Sequence record: DRR723986_3008
Direction: 5' to 3' (one strand)
Length of the DNA: 57,188 nucleotides
Part shown: piece after piece, positions 9,389-18,780 of the stretch
Layout: each line of letters opens with the position of its first letter
Numbering within the stretch: position 1 is the first letter of the stretch
The notes under the pieces: model-generated
What the model saw: only the letters and a program-made list of their open reading frames with translations
Database searches by the model: none
Told to the model about the DNA's origin: nothing
Translations under genes and position numbers: made by a program

Positions 9389-10140
9389 TGGAGATCACTA
9401 CAGGGAAATTCTTGCGAACACTGGCTGCATGCGTAGGTTGCCAGTGCATTAATATCTGGTACAGCAACAACAGAGCCTTTGATTGTGATAGATGTTTCTT
9501 TTTGCAGCTTGTTTAGCGCCCGCGAGAAAGTCTCAGACTTCATACTCAATCGCGCCGCTATCAATGATTTGTCATAGGGCAGCTTTAAAGATACATCTCT
9601 TGTTTGATGAGCTTGGCACATACGCAGCAAAAAACATGCAATGCGCTGGGACGTATTCTGCAAACTTAATTTTTCAATATCTTGCGATTGATGACGCCGC
9701 TCGCGTGAAACAGACGCCAGCATACCAAGGGCAACTTCATGATTTTTTGTTATTGCACTTTTTAACAAAGAAATCGGCAACCGCACGACCACCGCATCTT
9801 CAGCAACGGCTGCACCAACGGTATGTATGCCGCCATCAAAAACTGCCGCCTCGCCGAAAATATGCCCTTTTGTCAGCACGTCCAAAACGGCTTCGTCGCC
9901 GTCCACTGTCTCACGGAACAGTTTTATCCATCCAGAAACAATGCAGTAAAACCATTCCGCCGAATCGTCCTGTAAGAAAAGCTGCTCGCCTTTCTTAAGG
10001 GCAACAACAGTGGCCGCCGATATGAAAGAGGCTGTCATTTCTTCAGGCATGGCAGAAAACAGAGAATGGTGCTTTAGCACTGCAAATGCATCGTTTGATT
10101 CAACGCGGCGTTTTTCGCTCAAATTAACCAATTCCGCCAT
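9385..10140 (-). CDS. Crp/Fnr family transcriptional regulator (DNR-like) with C-terminal Cys cluster
   Basis: cNMP-like domain (GHIFGEAA), HTH LIAARLSMKSETFSRAL with E-x-x-S-R; tail CSQCSQEFPC; strong GGGGAGG RBS. Confidence 0.92.
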   Translation of the reverse strand: MAELVNLSEKRRVESNDAFAVLKHHSLFSAMPEEMTASFISAATVVALKKGEQLFLQDDSAEWFYCIVSGWIKLFRETVDGDEAVLDVLTKGHIFGEAAVFDGGIHTVGAAVAEDAVVVRLPISLLKSAITKNHEVALGMLASVSRERRHQSQDIEKLSLQNTSQRIACFLLRMCQAHQTRDVSLKLPYDKSLIAARLSMKSETFSRALNKLQKETSITIKGSVVAVPDINALATYACSQCSQEFPCSDLH

Positions 10141-10308
10141 TACAACCTCCCCATTTGATCACAACTAGGAAACCATCCTCTTAATTAGGTGTATTTGGTA
10201 ATTATTACCCTACAATTCAATGCGACAGACTACCGCATACACTGTTACATCCTCAGGTACATTCTTGAGTATACTCACAGACAAGCTTTTGTCTGCCATT
10301 CATTCTGC

Positions 10309-10575
10309 TTACTCTGCGGGTTCAGGCAATTGACCGCCTTCAATTGCATGTAAATATACATCCAATAAGGCTTCCTGTTCCTGCCGGTCTGCACGGTCCA
10401 TTTTCCGTATCGCAATAACTTTGCGCATAACCTTCACGTCAAAGCCAACGGCCTTGGCACCAGCAAAAACCTCTTTAATATCGTCGGCAATGCCTTTTTT
10501 TTCTTCCTCCAAACGCTCAATACGCTCAATAAAAGACCTAAGCTGATCGCCTGCAACACCGCCTGCCTGTACCAT
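10309..10575 (-). CDS. gapR: DUF2312 / GapR nucleoid-associated protein
   Basis: [30 protein letters not shown]...GFDVK signature; ATG 10575 after GGGAG. Confidence 0.9.
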   Translation of the reverse strand: MVQAGGVAGDQLRSFIERIERLEEEKKGIADDIKEVFAGAKAVGFDVKVMRKVIAIRKMDRADRQEQEALLDVYLHAIEGGQLPEPAE

Positions 10576-10715
10576 AGAAATACTCCCAAAATATTTCGCC
10601 AAAACATACCGACGAAACTTCCTAAATTAAAATACGAAGCGCACCATAGCCATGCCAACGATGCTGTGCAATCGAGGATTACAGATTTTGAATTTATGCT
10701 TTAACCAGCGCTCAC

Positions 10716-11579
10716 TCAAGTAGGAATTGGCAGCGATTCCGGCTCTGCAGCCAAGCGCTCATCGGCGGCACAAGCGCCGTAATCAGCCCGAATGGCATCA
10801 TGCCGTGCATCAATATACGCTAACATTGAAGGATGTGTGAAAATATAGAATCGCTGAGCCTCTATACAGTCCACAGTCCATTCACCAACAAGCTCCGGTG
10901 CAATACCACTTTCAACCACTTGTTGCATGGCGGAAAGCGTGCCTTCATCTCTTGGTGTCCCATTGCCCGACTTACTTGTCGGACTGCTTAAATGGCTTTT
11001 ATAAATTTGCGTCCGAACCCATGCCGGGCACAGCACACTTATGCCAATATCACTTTGGGCTAAGTCATCTTTAAGCGCTTCGGTGTAGCCAACAACAGCA
11101 AATTTAGTTGCATGATAGGGCGCCATCGCAGGGCTGGCTATGTGCCCTGCCATAGATGCCGTATTAACAAAATACCCACCTTCCCCGTGGGATTTGATCA
11201 GGGGTGTGAAAATCTCAACACCGTAGACAACACCCATCAGATTGATGTCGACAATCCAGCGCCAGTCTTCAATCGCAACCTCACCCGCACGGCCACCCGC
11301 ACCTACACCAGCGTTGTTCACGACAATATGCACTTTGCCAAACCGCTCTATAGTTGCTGTGGCAGCATCCCTAACAGCTTGCTCATCTCCGGCGTCACAA
11401 ATAACCGTGCCAACATCAGCGCCTGACGCGCGCAAGGTAGACGCCGCCGTTTCTAGTTGCGCACCATCAATGTCAGCCAGCATAATTTTCGCACCGCGCG
11501 CCGCAAGGGCGGTGGCAATGCCATACCCTATGCCACTTGCGCCGCCGGTTATAAATGCAACTTTACCAGAAACGTCCAT
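10716..11579 (-). CDS. Short-chain dehydrogenase/reductase
   Basis: TGGASGIG, NNAG, YHATK (YxxxK); start could be 11600 instead. Confidence 0.92.
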   Translation of the reverse strand: MDVSGKVAFITGGASGIGYGIATALAARGAKIMLADIDGAQLETAASTLRASGADVGTVICDAGDEQAVRDAATATIERFGKVHIVVNNAGVGAGGRAGEVAIEDWRWIVDINLMGVVYGVEIFTPLIKSHGEGGYFVNTASMAGHIASPAMAPYHATKFAVVGYTEALKDDLAQSDIGISVLCPAWVRTQIYKSHLSSPTSKSGNGTPRDEGTLSAMQQVVESGIAPELVGEWTVDCIEAQRFYIFTHPSMLAYIDARHDAIRADYGACAADERLAAEPESLPIPT

Positions 11580-11675
11580 AATCAATACTTTCTCATTCAC
11601 TAATAGAGGGCTCGCGCAGACATTTGAATAATGTCAGCAGCGACAATCTAAGGTGTGATATGTATCGCTTATGGG

Positions 11676-11996
11676 TTAGGGCAACTTGTTCTTTTTGTTC
11701 TTGGCAACACTTTCGTTCATCAGCGCTAATTGAGCGTCCGTGGCCTTGGTTTGATACTGGCTTTTATAATCGCCGTAGGGCATGCCGTATACGCGTTCGC
11801 GCGCACTTTCACGGTCAACCGTCAAACCCTGCGCCTCTGCAGCCTCGGCATACCAATCAGACAAGCAGTTTCGACAAAAACCGCTATGGCCCATAAGGTC
11901 AATATTTTGAACATCCTTGCGGTGATCTAGATGCGCCAGCAAACGCCGGAATACAGCCGCCTCAATTTGAGCTTGTTTTGGGTCAATATTTGTCAT
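11676..11996 (-). CDS. DUF1244 domain protein
   Basis: EAAVFRRLLAHL...DVQNIDLMG.SGFCRNCLSDWY...VYGMPY signature; ATG after AGAGGA. Confidence 0.88.
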   Translation of the reverse strand: MTNIDPKQAQIEAAVFRRLLAHLDHRKDVQNIDLMGHSGFCRNCLSDWYAEAAEAQGLTVDRESARERVYGMPYGDYKSQYQTKATDAQLALMNESVAKNKKNKLP

Positions 11997-12036
11997 GATT
12001 AAATCCTCTCTAAATGCCACCAACAGGGCAATTGTA

Positions 12037-12807
12037 TCAGGTATAATATTTCCGCTGAATAAGGTCTTCGCGCGACAAACACTCATCCAACATATCGGCA
12101 ATTAAAGCGGCCCATTCGGTGGTTTTGGCGTCGCTATCCAGCAGGTCCTGACGAATTTCCAGCGTGGTTTGCGGCAAGCCATGGTCAGCGCCGTGCCGCT
12201 GCATTGTATGATACAAGTCTGTACCTGAATAGGGTAGATTATCACCAATAGTCAGGTCCGTTTCCCGCTCCAACAAACCAATTAAGGCTTGCGCCAGGCG
12301 CGGATCTTTGTTCCACAAAAAACCCACGTGCCATGGGCGCTTCTCGCCGTTCATAGACGGCGTGTAACTATGCACACCCATCACCATCGGCACCTGACCA
12401 GCGGCCAAATGATCTGCAACAAGCTGCTCACACGCATTGTGAAACGGATAATAATAGGCATTTTTTCTTGCCTCAATCGCTGCTGGTGTAAGGTCTTGGT
12501 TTGCCGGGATGATTACACCGTCACTTTCGACTGGAACAAGCGACCGACGGTCATGTTCCCGGTTGCAGTCAATCAACAACCGCGATACTGGCCCAAGCAC
12601 CGCAGCCACCCCCATAAGCTCGCATATTTTTCTGGTAACCGCCTCGGCGCCGATATCATAGGCGATGTGGTCAGCAAAATGCTTATCTTCAAGGCCCAAA
12701 TTGTCATAGCCTTCAGGCACATGGTTGGTTGCATGGTCACAAAGCAGAATAACGCCTGTGCGCGCCTCACCATTTATTAACACTGGCTGTTCCATTGTAT
12801 GCGGCAT
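12037..12807 (-). CDS. N-formylglutamate amidohydrolase family protein
   Basis: LCDHATN, HIAYDIGA, SRLLIDCNR, HSYTP, LEIRQDL. Confidence 0.9.
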   Translation of the reverse strand: MPHTMEQPVLINGEARTGVILLCDHATNHVPEGYDNLGLEDKHFADHIAYDIGAEAVTRKICELMGVAAVLGPVSRLLIDCNREHDRRSLVPVESDGVIIPANQDLTPAAIEARKNAYYYPFHNACEQLVADHLAAGQVPMVMGVHSYTPSMNGEKRPWHVGFLWNKDPRLAQALIGLLERETDLTIGDNLPYSGTDLYHTMQRHGADHGLPQTTLEIRQDLLDSDAKTTEWAALIADMLDECLSREDLIQRKYYT

Positions 12808-12948
12808 TAGGATACCAATCTTTTTTAAGAAATAAGGTGGAAAGACAACGGCGGCGGCTATAATGAGATAAAGACCTCATATAACTGTCATCAAAACCTA
12901 GTAATTCAAATCAGTCTGTCAACAACACAAATCGGAAAACCGGAACTT

Positions 12949-14409
12949 ATGTCGGATAATGCAGAAACAGATTTTGGTACCAGCCGCGATCGCAAAACAC
13001 GCATTGTCGCGACCCTTGGCCCTGCGTCCAGCACGCTTGATGAAATCAGGGCATTGTTTCAGGCAGGCGTTGATGTTTTCAGGCTGAACATGAGCCACGG
13101 TGATCATGCCGACAAGGTCCAACTGTTCAAAAATATTCGCGCTGTCGAAAAGGAAATTGGCAGACCAATTGCAATTCTCGCAGACCTTCAAGGCCCGAAA
13201 CTTAGAGTTGGAACGTTCAAGGGGGGCAAGGCCGAATTAACACAAGGCCAAGACTTTACGCTTGATCTGTCCATAGAACCCGGCACTAGCCAGCGTGTTG
13301 GTCTTCCCCATAAAGAAATTTTTGCGGCCATTGATGTGGGTACTCATATTTTGCTTGATGACGGCAAAGTGCGATTAAGTGTCGAAGAATTCACTTCTTC
13401 TACAGCGCGGTGCAAAGTGGTCGTGGGTGGCACATTGTCGGACCGCAAGGGCGTCAATGTACCCAATGCCGTGCTCCCGCTGGCAGCTCTTACCCCCAAA
13501 GACCGAAAAGATCTAACCTTCGCCCTGAAAGAGGGCGCCGACTGGATAGCGCTTTCATTCGTTCAGCGGGCAGCAGATGTTGCTGAAGCCCGCAAGCTGG
13601 TATCTGGCAAGGCCGCCATCATGGCCAAAATTGAAAAGCCTGCTGCTGTTGCAAGCCTGGACGAAATTCTGGAACTTGCAGACGGCGTCATGGTTGCGCG
13701 CGGAGATTTGGGCGTAGAGGAGCCGGTAGAGAATGTACCCGGCATTCAAAAACACATCATTGCCAAGGCTCGCGAAACCGGTAAGCCGGTTGTTGTTGCG
13801 ACCCAAATGCTAGAGTCGATGATCAATTCACCTGTGCCAACCCGGGCAGAGGTTTCTGATGTTGCCACTGCCGTCATGGACGGCGCTGACGCGGTTATGC
13901 TCTCGGCTGAATCTGCCATGGGTGACTATCCCACAGAAGCCGTCGGTGTCATGAACCGTGTCGCCATAAGAATTGAAGGCGAACCAACCTATTTTGCCAA
14001 CCGCAAAGACGACAATATTGTCATGAACGATTCCACCGCCGAAGCCATAACAGCGGCAGCGAGGCAGGTTTCCGGCAGTATTAGCGCCAAGGCGATTGTC
14101 ACCTTCACCACCTCAGGGTCTACCGCTCTGCGCGCCGCGCGCGAGCGGCCCTCTGCCCCAATATTGACCTTGACACCTGAAATGTCCATTGCCCGCCGCC
14201 TGAGCATTGTTTGGGGCTTACATACGGTTAAGACCAAAGACATTGACACATTCGAAGACATGATTGGCAAGTCAAAGCGCATGGCCATGCGCCAAGGCCT
14301 TGCCGGTGCGGGCGACCGCATTGTGGTAACCGCTGGCGTGCCTTTCGGCACACCGGGTGCCACCAATGTTTTGCATATCGCCTGGATTAGCGGGAATGAG
14401 CTAAAATAG
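12949..14409 (+). CDS. pyk: Pyruvate kinase
   Basis: TRIVATLGPAS, RLNMSHG, DLQGPKLR, MVARGDLG, ATQMLESM, PTRAEVSDVA. Confidence 0.98.
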   Translation: MSDNAETDFGTSRDRKTRIVATLGPASSTLDEIRALFQAGVDVFRLNMSHGDHADKVQLFKNIRAVEKEIGRPIAILADLQGPKLRVGTFKGGKAELTQGQDFTLDLSIEPGTSQRVGLPHKEIFAAIDVGTHILLDDGKVRLSVEEFTSSTARCKVVVGGTLSDRKGVNVPNAVLPLAALTPKDRKDLTFALKEGADWIALSFVQRAADVAEARKLVSGKAAIMAKIEKPAAVASLDEILELADGVMVARGDLGVEEPVENVPGIQKHIIAKARETGKPVVVATQMLESMINSPVPTRAEVSDVATAVMDGADAVMLSAESAMGDYPTEAVGVMNRVAIRIEGEPTYFANRKDDNIVMNDSTAEAITAAARQVSGSISAKAIVTFTTSGSTALRAARERPSAPILTLTPEMSIARRLSIVWGLHTVKTKDIDTFEDMIGKSKRMAMRQGLAGAGDRIVVTAGVPFGTPGATNVLHIAWISGNELK

Positions 14410-14420
14410 TCACCGCTTGG

Positions 14421-15029
14421 TCAATCAAGTAAACCCAAAACCTGTAAATCTTGCCGTAACCGCGCCGGGTCTATGAACTGGTGGCCAATCATATTGAGTT
14501 GCTCGGCCGCCAAAACATTTTCTGCCCGGTCATCCACATACAGGGTTTGTTCTGGATCCAATTCAAAACGCGATATGGCCAGTTGGAATATGCGCGGGTC
14601 AGGCTTAATCAGCTTTTCTTCCCCGGAAACAACAACGCCTTCAAGATGATTGGTAAAGTCATACTCCCGGCAAAACTCCGGCCATTTTTCAGCAGAGAAG
14701 TTTGTGAGACCGTAAACATTGATGCCCCGCTCAAGAAGTTCAAGCATGATATCAACAGTGCCTTGAATGAGCCCACCTATGGTTTCCGTCCAGCGGGTGT
14801 CATAAAGTCTTATTAATTCTTCATATTTCGGAAATTGCTTAGAGAGAATTTCAACACCATCAGCGAATGTGCGGCCACGATCATGTTCGCTGTGCCACTC
14901 TAAAGTGACGACCTCATCAAGGAAAACTTTTAGCTCATCCTCGTCCGAAATTAGTTTTTGATATAAAAATCGTGGATCCCACGTAACAAAAACATTGCCA
15001 ATATCAAACAAAACCGCAGTTGGCTTCAT
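14421..15029 (-). CDS. HAD family phosphatase
   Basis: VLFDIGNV, LTNFS, KPDPRIF, YVDD motifs. Confidence 0.9.
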   Translation of the reverse strand: MKPTAVLFDIGNVFVTWDPRFLYQKLISDEDELKVFLDEVVTLEWHSEHDRGRTFADGVEILSKQFPKYEELIRLYDTRWTETIGGLIQGTVDIMLELLERGINVYGLTNFSAEKWPEFCREYDFTNHLEGVVVSGEEKLIKPDPRIFQLAISRFELDPEQTLYVDDRAENVLAAEQLNMIGHQFIDPARLRQDLQVLGLLD

Positions 15030-15050
15030 AGCATACACCCCAAAAGATTA

Positions 15051-15081
15051 AGCCGCGCAATCCTATAAAGGATGCACGGCT
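15051..15081 (-). terminator. Possible terminator hairpin downstream of rpmJ
   Basis: Imperfect stem agccg..atcct/aggat..cggct, followed on the minus strand by TAATCTTTT. Confidence 0.45.
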
Positions 15082-15137
15082 AAATCAAATTTACAGCACA
15101 GGTTATATAATCCTGGCTAATTTGCCTTAGGTATAAG

Positions 15138-15263
15138 TTACCCTTGGCGCGCTTTAAAGCGGCGCTGGGTCTTATTGATCACCAAAAGGCGGCCCTTGCG
15201 GCGAATAACACGGCAATCGCGATGACGCGATTTAAGGGACTTCAGGCTATTGCGAACTTTCAT
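15138..15263 (-). CDS. rpmJ: 50S ribosomal protein L36, zinc-ribbon-less (type B) form, 41 aa; not in ORF track
   Basis: Hand-translated [41 protein letters not shown]. Confidence 0.97.
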   Translation of the reverse strand: MKVRNSLKSLKSRHRDCRVIRRKGRLLVINKTQRRFKARQG

Positions 15264-15375
15264 GGCTCGTATCCTAAAAACTATTTAAACGTAATGTTCC
15301 TGCTTTAGCGGCTTAACCGCGTCGGCATAAAACAGGAGCGCCGAATCCGTCACTCCTCGAATCCATTGGTCGCGG

Positions 15376-15404
15376 AACATACTTAGGCACCCTGCGGCTG
15401 TCAA
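15376..15404 (-). promoter_or_regulatory. Sigma70 promoter for rpmJ
   Basis: Minus strand TTGACA-17 nt-TATGTT. Confidence 0.8.
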
Positions 15405-15623
15405 TAGTATGTCGGCTATTTCTTGGCCAGTTTAACACGCGCCATCCAAAAAAATGTAACAAATAGGCGTAAAAGGGCAAAAGACCTGCGGATATCCTAG
15501 CTTTTTTGCATAAATGCCGACTTTGTCTACTACCACTCGCATCCCTTTAGGCATAGCCTTGCTGTCTTATCAGGGTTGCTATACACCCTATTTTATATTT
15601 TTCGGATAGCTACGGAGACCGTC

Positions 15624-16751
15624 ATGTTAATTTCATCGCAGTTTGACAGCGGCAATATTCAAATTGTTGATACCAGCGCCCCTGACAATATTCGGTTGAA
15701 CATTAAGAAAGACAACCAGTCTGATTTTTATCAATGGTTTCACTTTCGTGCATCGGGCCTGCTGGGCCGCGAAAGCCGATTCGTTATCGAAAATGCGAGC
15801 TGTGCTGCTTATGCCGACGGATGGCACGGATATGATGTATGCGCATCTTATGACCGGGAAAACTGGTTCCGTATCGACACCGTGTATGATGACGGCGAAT
15901 TAACCTGGTCGATCATTCCCGAGCAAGACAGCATCTATTTTGCATATTTTGCCCCCTATTCCATGGAACGACATGCGGACCTAATTGCTGAGGTATCGGC
16001 CTCGCCGCTTGTGCAAACTTCTGTACTTGGTCACACTTTGGATGGTCAGGACATGGACCTTGTCGAAGTAGGCCACGGGCCAGAAGGCCGGAAAGCTATT
16101 TGGTTGATCGCGCGCCAACACCCCGGTGAGACCATGGCCGAATGGTGGATGGAAGGGGCGCTTAGTTTCTTATTGGACGCCGACAATCCTGTGGCACGCC
16201 AACTGCTGGAAAAGGCCCATTTTTATATTGTCCCAAACATGAATCCGGACGGCTCCAAGCGCGGCAACCTGCGCACAAACGCTGCCGGCGCTAACCTGAA
16301 CCGTGAATGGAAAGACGCCTCAATGGACCGTAGCCCAGAGGTATACCTTGTGCGCGACAAAATGCATGAAACCGGGGTGGATTTTCACATGGATGTTCAC
16401 GGCGATGAAGACCTGCCCTATAATTTTATCGCTGGTTTTGAAAGCGTGCCATCTGTCACTGAGAAACAATTACAGTTGCTTGATCGCTATCAGATGACCC
16501 TGTGCGCCCTGTCGCCAGACTTTCAGCGTGAACATGGCTACCCGGTGGGCAAGCCCGGGACTTCTGACCTGAAAAAATGCACAGACTATACGGCAGAAAC
16601 TTTTGGCTGCCTCGCCATGACACTGGAAATGCCGTTCAAAGACAATGCGAACTTGCCTGACGACACATGGGGCTGGAGCCCTGAACGCTGTCGCTATCTA
16701 GCCGAAAGCTGTTTGGGCGCGCTGGCACAAATGGTGGATGACCTGCGTTAA
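15624..16751 (+). CDS. M14 family cytosolic-type zinc carboxypeptidase
   Basis: FDSGNI and WFHF N-terminal motifs, ARQHPGE, NPDG, NLNR, DVHG, TLEMPF; ATG 15624 after GGAG. Confidence 0.93.
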   Translation: MLISSQFDSGNIQIVDTSAPDNIRLNIKKDNQSDFYQWFHFRASGLLGRESRFVIENASCAAYADGWHGYDVCASYDRENWFRIDTVYDDGELTWSIIPEQDSIYFAYFAPYSMERHADLIAEVSASPLVQTSVLGHTLDGQDMDLVEVGHGPEGRKAIWLIARQHPGETMAEWWMEGALSFLLDADNPVARQLLEKAHFYIVPNMNPDGSKRGNLRTNAAGANLNREWKDASMDRSPEVYLVRDKMHETGVDFHMDVHGDEDLPYNFIAGFESVPSVTEKQLQLLDRYQMTLCALSPDFQREHGYPVGKPGTSDLKKCTDYTAETFGCLAMTLEMPFKDNANLPDDTWGWSPERCRYLAESCLGALAQMVDDLR

Positions 16752-17410
16752 GTCTTTTCATCAACGGGCGAAAACTGCCGAAAAACGAAATAGGCCAAGT
16801 AAGCGCCAACCAGCTGTGCAGCAATAAACATGGGCATATCGTCACTACGAATGCCCGAAAACGAATCTGTCATGGACCGCGCGATTGTCACCGCCGGGTT
16901 GGCAAAGCTGGTCGAAGCGGTATACCAGTAACCCGCCGTAATATAAAGACCAACGGCATAAGGAATGGCATCAACCCGGTGCCGCAAACAGCCTAAAATT
17001 GCCATCAAAAGCCCAAAGGTTGCCACCGCCTCGGAGATCCATTGGCCAGTGCCAGTGCGCACCTTGGGAGACGCCTGTATAAGCGCCACATCAAACATGG
17101 CATGGGCGAGAAGCACACCGGCAATAGCCGCAATAATTTGAGTGACAATATATATAAAGGCGGTTTTGCGGTCTATGTCGCCGCGGGCCAGAAAAACCAA
17201 GGTAACAGCTGGATTAAAGTGGCCGCCAGAGATTGGTCCAAAAACCAATATAAGCACCACAAGAATAGCACCGGTGGCCGCCGTATTCCCCCAAAGCGCA
17301 AGCGCACTATTACCGCCCGCCAGGTCCTCGGCCATAATGCCGGAGCCAACCACAGTGGCTAGCAAAAAAAGCGTTCCTATAAATTCAGCAAGTATCTTTT
17401 GGCGCATCAT
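16748..17410 (-). CDS. MIP/aquaglyceroporin, AqpS-like (probable arsenite channel)
   Basis: Two NPA motifs (GHFNPAVT, SFANPAVT), AEFIGT...VVGSGIMA; directly downstream of arsC. Confidence 0.9.
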   Translation of the reverse strand: MMRQKILAEFIGTLFLLATVVGSGIMAEDLAGGNSALALWGNTAATGAILVVLILVFGPISGGHFNPAVTLVFLARGDIDRKTAFIYIVTQIIAAIAGVLLAHAMFDVALIQASPKVRTGTGQWISEAVATFGLLMAILGCLRHRVDAIPYAVGLYITAGYWYTASTSFANPAVTIARSMTDSFSGIRSDDMPMFIAAQLVGAYLAYFVFRQFSPVDEKT

Positions 17411-17422
17411 GGTCCCTACCAA

Positions 17423-17920
17423 TCAAAAGGTTACAGGTTCTGCCGCAGCGTGAATTTCAACCAACGCCCTGCGCAAGTCTTCAGCATTCAAGTTCTCCAA
17501 GTCAAGCGCAAGAAACGCCGAGATATTGTTTACAAGCCCTTGGTACACCTTTTCAAATGCCGACAGTTTTTCTGCATCCGCTCCTTCAACACCAGCCGGA
17601 TCAGGAAAACCCCAGTGAACGGTTACAGGCACGCCGACCCAAACAGGGCAGGTTTCCCCTGCCGCATTGCCGCAGACCGTAACCACCAAATCCAACTCCG
17701 GTGCTTCGGCACCCGAAAATTCGTCCCAGCTTTTTGACCGAAAATTGTGAACGTCGTAACCTTCATCTTCTAGCAGCTTTAAAGCAACCGGGTTTACTGC
17801 GCCAACCGGCTTGCTGCCAGCACTATAAGCGGTCAGCCGCTCATCGCCTAGCCGGTTGAAGATGGCTTCCGCCAGAATTGATCTGGCCGAATTGCCGGTA
17901 CAAAGCACAAGTATATTCAT
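17423..17920 (-). CDS. arsC: Thioredoxin-dependent arsenate reductase (LMW-PTP fold)
   Basis: LCTGNSARS P-loop, VCGNAAGETCP resolving Cys pair, HWGFPDPA. Confidence 0.9.
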   Translation of the reverse strand: MNILVLCTGNSARSILAEAIFNRLGDERLTAYSAGSKPVGAVNPVALKLLEDEGYDVHNFRSKSWDEFSGAEAPELDLVVTVCGNAAGETCPVWVGVPVTVHWGFPDPAGVEGADAEKLSAFEKVYQGLVNNISAFLALDLENLNAEDLRRALVEIHAAAEPVTF

Positions 17921-18153
17921 TTCGTTCTCCGTAAAGCCCTGGACACACTTTGTTCACAAAAGTGTGCGGCCCCTTATTTTTGTAACTTTAGCCTTTATGT
18001 TACCTTTTAGAGAACAAGCGATGACAATTTGATGAATCAAGGCAACACTAAAAGTGCGTTGTATTTTTGAAGGTGCCAACTATCAGCGAGATTTTCGTTG
18101 CTTGACAGTTGAGGCCAACGCGCCATAACTGGCAATTAGGGAATAGGGAATTC

Positions 18154-18780
18154 ATGACGCTTACACCGGAAGCACTACTGGCATGGCTTGAGGCCATGGC
18201 GCATGACCCATTTAGTTTGGGTGTGGCCCTTGCGCTTGCAACCTTTGTGACCGAAGACGGAACGCTGATTGCAGGTAGTCTGTTGGTTGGCGGCGGCATT
18301 GCCTCTCCTGTGCTTGTCATAGCGGCGCTGGTGGCGGGCATTGTTGGCGGTGACATCGTTCTTTATGTGGTTGGCTGGAGCGCTCGAGAAATTCGCCAGT
18401 TGCGCAAACGCTTACCCATTAAACAGGCAAGGAAAGTGCGCAATTGGCTAAGGGGCCGGGAAACTGCGATCTTGTTTTTCTCACGGTTTATGCCCGGAAC
18501 ACGACTGATAACATATGTTACATTTGGTTTTCTCAGGTTATCACTCTTGCATTTCATAACAGTAATGACAGCAGCCTGTCTTATTTGGGTGGTATCTATC
18601 GTGCTGTTTATCAGCGAAATTCAAAAAGCATTCAACGGTATCGGCGGCATATATGCTGCAATTGTCGCAGCAGCGATAGCGGTTCTTGTGATCATTTTTG
18701 CCCCTAAATTGCTAGGGCAGCATAAGGCTGTAAAAACGCTCGATGTTGCCGAAATTGAAGGTTCCAAAAACAATGGATAG
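18154..18780 (+). CDS. DedA/VTT family membrane protein
   Basis: ATFVTED, GIVGGDIVLYVVG, SRFMPGTR motifs; multiple hydrophobic helices. Confidence 0.88.
   Translation: MTLTPEALLAWLEAMAHDPFSLGVALALATFVTEDGTLIAGSLLVGGGIASPVLVIAALVAGIVGGDIVLYVVGWSAREIRQLRKRLPIKQARKVRNWLRGRETAILFFSRFMPGTRLITYVTFGFLRLSLLHFITVMTAACLIWVVSIVLFISEIQKAFNGIGGIYAAIVAAAIAVLVIIFAPKLLGQHKAVKTLDVAEIEGSKNNG

Noticed and set aside
10266-10295. Palindrome TGAGTATACTCA and hairpin CAGACAA-gctt-TTGTCTG downstream of gapR
   Set aside because: Short, no U-tract and no second copy seen; cannot be told apart from chance or a weak terminator.
15138-15263. Zinc-free L36 as a sign of a Zur-regulated zinc-starvation paralog
   Set aside because: The C-minus form is the usual L36 in alphaproteobacteria; no paired L31 paralog or Zur box seen.
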